A DNA stretch of 64,000 bases, from NCBI GenBank assembly GCA_964016885.1, contig OZ024745.1, forward strand, positions 52,266,001 through 52,330,000, in the 5' to 3' direction. This document shows positions 56,101-64,000 of the stretch, piece by piece. The position numbers and the translations under genes were made by a program. Numbering within the stretch: the stretch's first letter is position 1; every line of letters begins with the position of its first letter. The stretch is from Eledone cirrhosa (lineage: Eukaryota). The notes below the pieces were generated by a model that saw only the letters and a program-made list of their open reading frames with translations, was not told the DNA's origin and did not search any database.

Positions 56101-56894
56101 ATCATTCAAAGAACACACAAAGAATAAATGAAACAAAAAAAACATTCCCTTTTAACGTGGAAACTGTTACGTCTCTTTGTTATAGTAGAGTTTGCAAATT
56201 ACCAATAAAACTGAGAGTAGTAACATTATTTTAACATATTCTGACATAGAATGTTTACAATAGGGCAACAGGCTCAATATATTAGAATATTTTAAATCTA
56301 TCTACTACCGATCCGATCTTAAATCTTGCTATTTTTAATTATTGTTCATTAATGGAGAAACTATGTCCTGATCAACTATATTCGTTGCCGACAAGTGTAT
56401 GACATTTCATTAATATGTAAACTATTAACTTATGTTTATCTAAGTATTTCATTTGAAAAATATTTGAAATAACGCTCTCTATAATACTATATTTTAACTG
56501 TTACGCAAAATATGTATGGTTTCTTGCTTCCAAATATATTCAAATAATTTTACTAAAATCAAACTTTCCTCCATACCAGCTCATATTTACACGAAGGAAG
56601 AATATTTCAATAGTCGCGATGTGCTGCATCTCTTTCACAGTGAGCGAACGTCCTTATGTATCCATCACAGTTTTCCTTTAAGATTGAGGGAAAGGCGTTT
56701 TTTATCGGTTACGATTCTCAAAAATTTCCCCTATTACATCTGACTGTTAGTACCTATGTATAGACTATTATTTGGTTTTTCCATTTTTGAGTTATTATTT
56801 TCTTCTCTTTATATTGTATAAATATACATATATATATAAAATGGAATTGCAAAAAATGAAAGCTTCTTCTTCACTTATTACATGTCAATATATC

Positions 56895-57080
56895 TTCATC
56901 TTCCTCTTCTTCTTCTTCTTCTTCTTCCAACAGATCCGGCTTGTTCTCCAAACGAGACTAGCCAAGCTCATGGATGTTATCAAACCATTTTGCTAGGGAT
57001 CTAACCCTGAATCTCCTGCCGGTTGGTTTCGCCATTAAAATCTGCCCAGCGATTCTTTTTTGACGCATTCTAACCACAAT
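56895..57080 (-). mobile_element. RTE-clade LINE 3' end with (GAA)n tail
   Basis: Minus strand VVRMRQKRIAGQILMAKPTGRR..KWFDNIHELG; similar to 45180-45330. Confidence 0.6.
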
Positions 57081-57709
57081 TCAGAGAAGTAGTGTCTCTG
57101 GAGTGAGTCCCTAAGCAATATATCGCATAACGTTACTGCAAAGACCCTTCGAAGGATCCCCATTTCGGCCACATGTATTATTGATAGTATTGTTTCCGTT
57201 ATTACCCCTTATTAAGAGTTGGCACGAATACCGAATTATGGACTGGATCCAGTTAAAAGGAAAGAATGCTTCTTGAAGCTTTGACTGAAAGATAGGTCTC
57301 TGTGGGTTCTGTAAGTATATGCACCAAACAAGGACACTGAACACAAGTACTTACTTGATGAAATCAATACAGCGTTAGATGTATTTAAGACTGTGTTATA
57401 TATCCTGATGTGACACATATATATATATATAGAGAGAGAGGGGGTGAGAGTGAGGGGGGTGAGAGAGAGACAGTTGCTAACACATCTCCAGTTCATGCAA
57501 AGAAAATTGAGAGGCAATATAATTTCATAACCAGATAGTTAAGTAAAAGCTTTCTATATAAGTGACGGTATACAAAATGCCAGAGTTTTCAGTAGACAGA
57601 TCAGGAAATGTATAATTTAATTTCGAAAACCATTCGCAACTTAATTCAAAGCTAATGCAGTAATTCAAACTTTTAACAAACATTGTTATTTAATAGTTTT
57701 CAAATGTAC

Positions 57710-58131
57710 TTACACCGAATGATATTTCATGCTGGTTTCATCTAACGTATATTCTTCATGTTCGCATTTAAACCATAACTCTATAAAGATAATCACACCC
57801 CATTAGGAATATTTAGTATCATGTATAGTTACAGTATATAGCTCATTTATTATTAACGTAATAAGAGTTAAGGCATGTACATGTAGCATAATGCTTTAGA
57901 AATGTAATAATATTCGAATCCATTCATTTTGGTTAGATCAAATTCATTTCATGTTTATTAGTCAAATGTCTGGAATGTAAGTGACTGTGTCAGTCAAAAT
58001 AATAAAAAAAGAAATTTACTCAACGAATCCCCCAGTTTTATTTGCTGATGGGTTACGTCTTCCTCGACATAAATATTTATTATACACACATTTGCATGTG
58101 CTCCCCATATATAATATAAGTGTGTGTATGC

Positions 58132-58201
<70 letters not shown>

Positions 58202-58383
58202 TTATGCTACATATACATGCCTCAATTATAATTACGTTAATAATAAATGAGCTATATACTGTAACTATACATGATACTAAATATTTTTAATGGGCTGTGA
58301 TTATCTTTATAGAGTTATGGTTTAAATGCGAACATGAAGAATATACGTTAGATGAAACCAGCATGAAATATCATTCGGTGTAA
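57710..58383. repeat. about 185-bp inverted repeat
   Basis: 57710-57894 is the reverse complement of 58199-58383; the right arm follows a (TA)n tract. Confidence 0.85.
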
Positions 58384-58444
58384 CTACATATGAAAACTAT
58401 CAAATAATATGTGTGATGTGTGTATACATATATATATATATATG

Positions 58445-58562
<118 letters not shown>

Positions 58563-58774
58563 GATAAGCAGAACAAGTAAAATTCAATCAATTTTTCAAA
58601 ATACATTAAAAAATATAATATAAATATTTACCTCTTCTAGTGGCCCTTACTCCCGCTTTTACTTCGGTCCAGTTTACATACGGGTCACTTTTACGACCTT
58701 TCAGACCTTTATTAGCTGGCAGGAGGTTGTATATTTTGTCGTTCCTGTGACGTTTAGCCCTAGGATGGGAAAAT

Positions 58775-58856
58775 GCTTCTCTGATGAGCTTTGGTTTTCC
58801 ATCATGAATCCATCGGATTTATGAGGTTTTACAAAGCGAAACTGATCAGTAAGGGC
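58775..58856 (+). ncRNA. type I hammerhead ribozyme with extended stem II (485-bp unit)
   Basis: GCTTCT-CTGATGA-GCTTTG..(TCATGAATCC/GGATTTATGA)..CAAAGC-GAAA-CTGATCAG-TA-AGGGC. Confidence 0.85.
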
Positions 58857-59259
58857 CACTAGAAGAGGTAAATATTTATATTATATTTTTTAATGTATTT
58901 TGAAAAATTGATTGAATTTTACTTGTTCTGCTTATCTTAATATTAAAGTTCTGGTGTATCAAATTAACACCATTGAACAACCCTGAATCATAGACAAGCT
59001 ATGTATTTCTAGGGGTACCTAGTATCCCTGGACATATTAACTTATACCTTTTTCTCCGTCCGTTGAGAACAAATCTGTTGCTTTACTAGGCTGCTATTTC
59101 TTTAGTAGTAATTGTAGACAGCAAGTCTTTGATTTTCCCGCTTTTACTTCGGTCCAGTTTACATACGGGTCACTTTTACGACCTTTCAGACCTTTATTAG
59201 CTGGCAGGAGGTTGTATATTTTGTCGTTCCTGGGACGTTTAGCCCTAGGATGGGAAAAT

Positions 59260-59341
59260 GCTTCTCTGATGAGCTTTGGTTTTCCATCATGAATCCATCG
59301 GATTTATGAGGTTTTACAAAGCGAAACTGATCAGTAAGGGC
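59260..59341 (+). ncRNA. type I hammerhead ribozyme (485-bp unit)
   Basis: Identical to 58775-58856. Confidence 0.85.
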
Positions 59342-59744
59342 CACTAGAAGAGGTAAATATTTATATTATATTTTTTAATGTATTTTGAAAAATTGATTGA
59401 ATTTTACTTGTTCTGCTTATCTTAATATTAAAGTTCTGGTGTATCAAATTAACACCATTGAACAACCCTGAATCATAGACAACCTATGTATTTCTAGGGG
59501 TACCTAGTATCCCTGGACATATTAACTTATACCTTTTTCTCCGTCCGTTGAGAACAAATCTGTTGCTTTACTAGGCTGCTATTTCTTTAGTAGTAATTGT
59601 AGACAGCAAGTCTTTGATTTTCCCGCTTTTACTTCGGTCCAGTTTACATACGGGTCACTTTTACGACCTTTCAGACCTTTATTAGCTGGCAGGAGGTTGT
59701 ATATTTTGTCGTTCCTGGGACGTTTAGCCCTAGGATGGGAAAAT

Positions 59745-59826
59745 GCTTCTCTGATGAGCTTTGGTTTTCCATCATGAATCCATCGGATTTATGAGGTTTT
59801 ACAAAGCGAAACTGATCAGTAAGGGC
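59745..59826 (+). ncRNA. type I hammerhead ribozyme (485-bp unit)
   Basis: Identical to 58775-58856. Confidence 0.85.
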
Positions 59827-60012
59827 CACTAGAAGAGGTAAATATTTATATTATATTTTTTAATGTATTTTGAAAAATTGATTGAATTTTACTTGTTCTG
59901 CTTATCTTAATATTAAAGTTCTGGTGTATCAAATTAACACCATTGAACAACCCTGAATCATAGACAACCTATGTATTTCTAGGGGTACCTAGTATCCCTG
60001 GACATATTAACT

Positions 60013-60051
<39 letters not shown>

Positions 60052-60059
60052 ATACATAT

Positions 60060-60120
<61 letters not shown>

Positions 60121-60148
60121 TAGCTACACAACAATTAGTTCACCATGC

Positions 60149-60186
60149 CGAGAACAATTGTTCCACCTTAGCGGATCCTCAGCTCG
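60149..60186 (-). ncRNA. degenerate minimal hammerhead ribozyme
   Basis: Minus strand CGAG-CTGAGGA-TCC/GGT-GGAA-CAATTG-TT-CTCG (GAAA changed to GGAA). Confidence 0.6.
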
Positions 60187-60639
60187 TAATGGACATGGTT
60201 ATACGGAACAGGAAACACAACCGTACGAACACGCATGCGCAGAAACGATCACTTCACACAGGCAATACTAAAGTGCATGCGAGGGGTTTAAATGGAGATA
60301 ATTACGAAAGTCCGAAAGTTTCTAGTTGATAAGAAAATAAGGATGTTGTTGTAATTCAATCCGGACCTTTGTAGTTATGTAAGAGTTGTTTCCAGACGTG
60401 TGGAAAACATGAAAATATTTCATTTCTTCAGTTTAGGCAATCACTATTGCGTAATCGCTTTAGAATCTTTATTCGTGATCAGGACGGATTGCCCTTGCGT
60501 ATGGCTTGGACTCAGTGATAGCTTTCTATTGAATGGAGTAGTCTATACTTGAGTCCTTGAGGGATCATACGCAGTCGCGAATTTCTTGGATGAACGTCTG
60601 TCTACTGGTGGTTCAGGAAGCGTTCCTTAAATCAAGGGC

Positions 60640-61800
60640 AAGGAAGTCAACAACTTCAGACGTATTCGACGTTTCCATGGGATCGTTTGACAGTGCTGAC
60701 TTATGCGACTTTGTTGGTCTATTTATTTTAGACATATTACGTGTTAGATTCCCTGACTTCCACACGGGAATAGACCGCGACGATGGACTGACCTTATCGA
60801 ACCATAAAAGTGCTCACGACTTCGACCGGTTAAAAAAGGACTTAGCTTCTACCTAGGATAACAGTAGCTACCAAACTCCCTAGCGTGGATTTCTTAGACA
60901 TTAATTTAGACATTTGCATATACACATACAGACCCTTTCATAAGCTTAACGAAAAACTCAATTACATTGACAAGGACTCATGCCACCCTGCCACTGTTTT
61001 TAGAAACTTGGTAAATAATATCAGTACTACAATCTCAAACCTCTCCTCTAATAAGACTATATTTGACAGAGCGGCACTGTACTATAACACAGCGTTAGCT
61101 AACAGCGGCTTCTCGCAACCAATCACTTACTCTCCCACTAACAACAACAGCAATAAGAAAAGAAAGCGTAACATTAGACAAACTATATGGTTCTCTCCTC
61201 CCTTCTCACTCAACGCGTTAAAAGAAATGTAGGGAAAAAATGTCTAGCCCTCTTAGATTGACACTTTCCCATGGGTTATAAATACCGCTCCATCTTTAAT
61301 TGACACAAAGTACAACTAGGATACTCCTGCGCTAAGAACATGAAGGCCCACATCACCAACAGCCCTAAGAGCAGAACCCAACCAAGGTGCTCTTGCCGTA
61401 ATACCGAAGCCTGTCCCCTTCAACAGCAGTGCAGCACACCCGCTGTAGTTTATGAAGCTGTGGTCACTTTCAACCGACCAAATCAACCACAAGAGATCAA
61501 ATCCTATGCGGGTATGGTGGAGGGCCGATTTCAGGAACGCTTCCTGAACCAGCAGTCGACCTTTAGGTACCCGGACAGACGTTCATCCACGAAACTCGCG
61601 AGCCACGTATGGTCCCTCAAGGACTCAAGTATAGACAACTCCATTCAATGGAAAACCTTCACCAAGTCCAAGCCATAGGCAAGGGACAATCCGTCGTGTG
61701 GACTATGTATTGATGAACGAATAAATATTCTAAAGAGATTACGCAATAGTGATTGCCTAAATGCCTAAACTCAAGAATGAATTATTCACACATTGTCCAC
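60640..61800 (+). pseudogene. PLE RT (partial) plus GIY-YIG endonuclease, disrupted
   Basis: FDVSMGSFDSADLCDFVGLFIL..RDDGL; DFLDINLD..PFHK..IWFSPPFS; CSCRNTEACPLQQQC..VVYEA..SYAGMVEGRFQERF..STKLASHVWSLK. Confidence 0.85.
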
Positions 61801-62012
61801 ACGTCTGGAAACACCTCTTATATAACTACAAATCTCCGGATTGAATTACAACAACATCCTAATTTTCTTATCAACTAGAAACATTCAGACTTTCGCAGTT
61901 ATCTCCCTTACACCTCTCGCACGCAATTTAGTATTGCCTATGTGAAGTGATCTTTTCTGCGCATACGCCTTCACACGGTTGTCATTCCTGTTCCGTATAA
62001 CTATGTCCATTA

Positions 62013-62050
62013 CGAGATGAGGATCCGCTAAGGTGAAACTATTGTTCTCG
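62013..62050 (+). ncRNA. degenerate minimal hammerhead ribozyme
   Basis: CGAG-ATGAGGA-TCC/GGT-GAAA-CTATTG-TT-CTCG (core C3 changed to A). Confidence 0.55.
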
Positions 62051-62081
62051 GTATGGTGAATTAACTGTTGTGTACCCACTT

Positions 62082-63790
62082 CTAATATCTTGGATATAAA
62101 AGAAGTTAATAAAATATTGGTGAAGTCAGACAAAACCAACAACTTATATGGGATAGATAAAACTGAATATAAAGATTTAATTTTAAAAGAACTGCGAAAG
62201 AATTATAGAAAAGCCGCGGCCGAAGATCTAATAGACATCAATAATGACGCGTTTAAATTAATAACCAAACTTGGAATTGAAGGAAGGACCGAACCTTTTA
62301 TACCTAGACAGCCGAGGATAAATTTTAAGGAACAGAAGAGATACTTTGAGGAAGACTTCCCGGTTAGACCGATAGCTCCTTCTAAATGTGGTATTGGAGT
62401 AATCAGTAAGAATATTATTGATAGAATTTTACCAACATTGAAATTGAAGTCAAAGTTGAGCTTCTGGAAGGACACTAATGAAGTAATAGACTGGGTTAAA
62501 AATATAGAAAATAAGAAAAATCACAACTTTATTCAAATGGACCTAGCAAGTTACTATTTTTCTATTACACCTAACCTCTTAAATAAGGCTTTGTCTTATG
62601 CTTACAAACATACAGATCTAACTACACATGAAATCAATATCATATTAACTGCTAGAAGAACTCTAATTAATTTTAATAATGAGTATTGGACCCCATCAGA
62701 GAGGAATAGACATTTTGACATTACCATGGGATCATCGGACTCTGCGCAGGTTACCGATCTACTGGGTATTTTTATTCTCAATATGGTAAATAGAAAACTG
62801 CCGGAGATTAGCGGTAGTTTATATAGGGACGATATTTTCTTTACTGTAGTTAAGCATAGCAATACAGAACTAAATAGGGTTAAGAAAGCAATAATAGAAT
62901 TCTTTAAAAATTACAACCTTAAATTAGAAGTTAAAAGTAGCACTAAAATAGTTAACTTCCTTGACGTCACCCTTAACTTAAATTAAGGATTGTGTTACCC
63001 CTTCCATAAGACCAATGGAAACTTAAATGACGTTAACTATTACTCTAATCACCCTAAATCCGTGAAAAATGCAATAGTCAATAGTATCCAGAAACGCATA
63101 ACTAGATTATCCGCTAATAAATCCATTTTCGATGAAAAAAGCTGGATACTATAATGAGGTGCTACGTAAGGCAGGATATAAAAGTAATATTGAATATCTG
63201 GATAATAATAATTTGAGTTACAAACTAGGTAACAATACGACTAACATAAATAAACTAGATTCTAAAAATCATTTAAATATAAATAATAACACAAATGCCG
63301 TGAATCAATCTGGGAAAACAATCAGAACCAAATATGTTATTTGGTTTGCACCTGCTGCACCATTAGCAATCAGAACACCGCTGGAAATTTATTTTTTAAA
63401 GATTTAGATAAATGTTTTCCCAGAACACATAAGTACCGTTCCATATTCAATAGCCACACAATTAAGATATATTATTCTACAACTATGAATATGGCCCAGA
63501 AATTTGCAAAATTAAATAGTAAAATTCTTAGTCATAACCAACAAACAATTAGGGATAATGACAATATTAACACTAACAATATTAATACTGGGAATAAAAA
63601 TAACATTAATTTAAGCACTATCAATAGAACACCTCCAAGTATTAGCAATGTTAACGTGAACTGTTCAAATTATACTAATAACAATAAATCGAAATGTAAT
63701 TGTAGAAATAGATCAAATTGACCTCTGTAAAATAATTGTCTTGATAAGAATCTAGTTTCTAAATGTACCGTTAAAGCGAATCAAATTTAT
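62082..63790 (+). pseudogene. Penelope-like (Naiad-like) reverse transcriptase ORF, disrupted and truncated before GIY-YIG
   Basis: 298-aa ORF 62090-62986 with VKSDKTNN, FIQMDLASYYFSI, FDITMGSSDSAQVTDLLG, LYRDD and VNFLDVTLNL; continues through stops and frameshifts to IWFAP, KCFPRTHKYRSIFN and CNCRN; closely related to 26105-26700. Confidence 0.88.
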
Positions 63791-64000
63791 AACACTATTA
63801 ACAGTATTTATATTTATTATATAATATATAACTGAATAATATCGTCTGAAACTTTAAACATTATACTCTCTATATAAATTATACAAACGCGTATATCTAG
63901 TTCAATAATACATTTTAATTTAATAATTGTAATTGTTTTTCTAATATATTGATTATATTTCTTAATTTTAATATAATATAATTTTGATTACCTTTGGAGT

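Larger units (their letters stand above)
60119..62081 (+). mobile_element. old 5'-truncated Penelope-like retroelement with a long 5' inversion
   Basis: 60119-60633 is a diverged reverse complement of 61527-62081; RT and GIY-YIG remnants lie between. Confidence 0.85.

Noticed and set aside
61255-61305. In-frame TGA codons in the 60-62 kb PLE as selenocysteine
   Set aside because: They align with K/R positions of related copies, consistent with CGA to TGA CpG decay

Overview
AT-rich, microsatellite-dense eukaryotic DNA. It is probably cephalopod (octopus-like), inferred from the repeat content only. I found no convincing host protein-coding exon, and most ORFs in the track are translations of (TA)n, (CA)n and (GA)n tracts. 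The window is dominated by retroelement debris: about nine copies of a tRNA-derived SINE, Tx1/L1 and RTE LINE fragments, and many Penelope-like elements (PLEs; Naiad-like and Neptune-like RT and GIY-YIG remnants) inserted at (TA)n tracts. The main signal is about 25 type I hammerhead ribozyme (HHR) motifs from at least nine unrelated sequence families, about 16 of them with canonical CUGANGA/GAAA/UH cores. Two young non-coding tandem arrays (310-bp unit at 9640-11827; 485-bp unit at 58557-60016) carry one HHR per monomer and look like non-LTR retrozymes, i.e. genomic copies of small circular RNAs probably mobilised by the neighbouring PLEs. Recurrent features are 5' inversions whose junctions fall inside the ribozyme, family-specific palindromes in HHR stem III, (TA)n microhomology at 3' ends, and a shared ACTC..GAGTGCT motif near PLE 3' ends. 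All structures were read by eye; no folding or database search was run.
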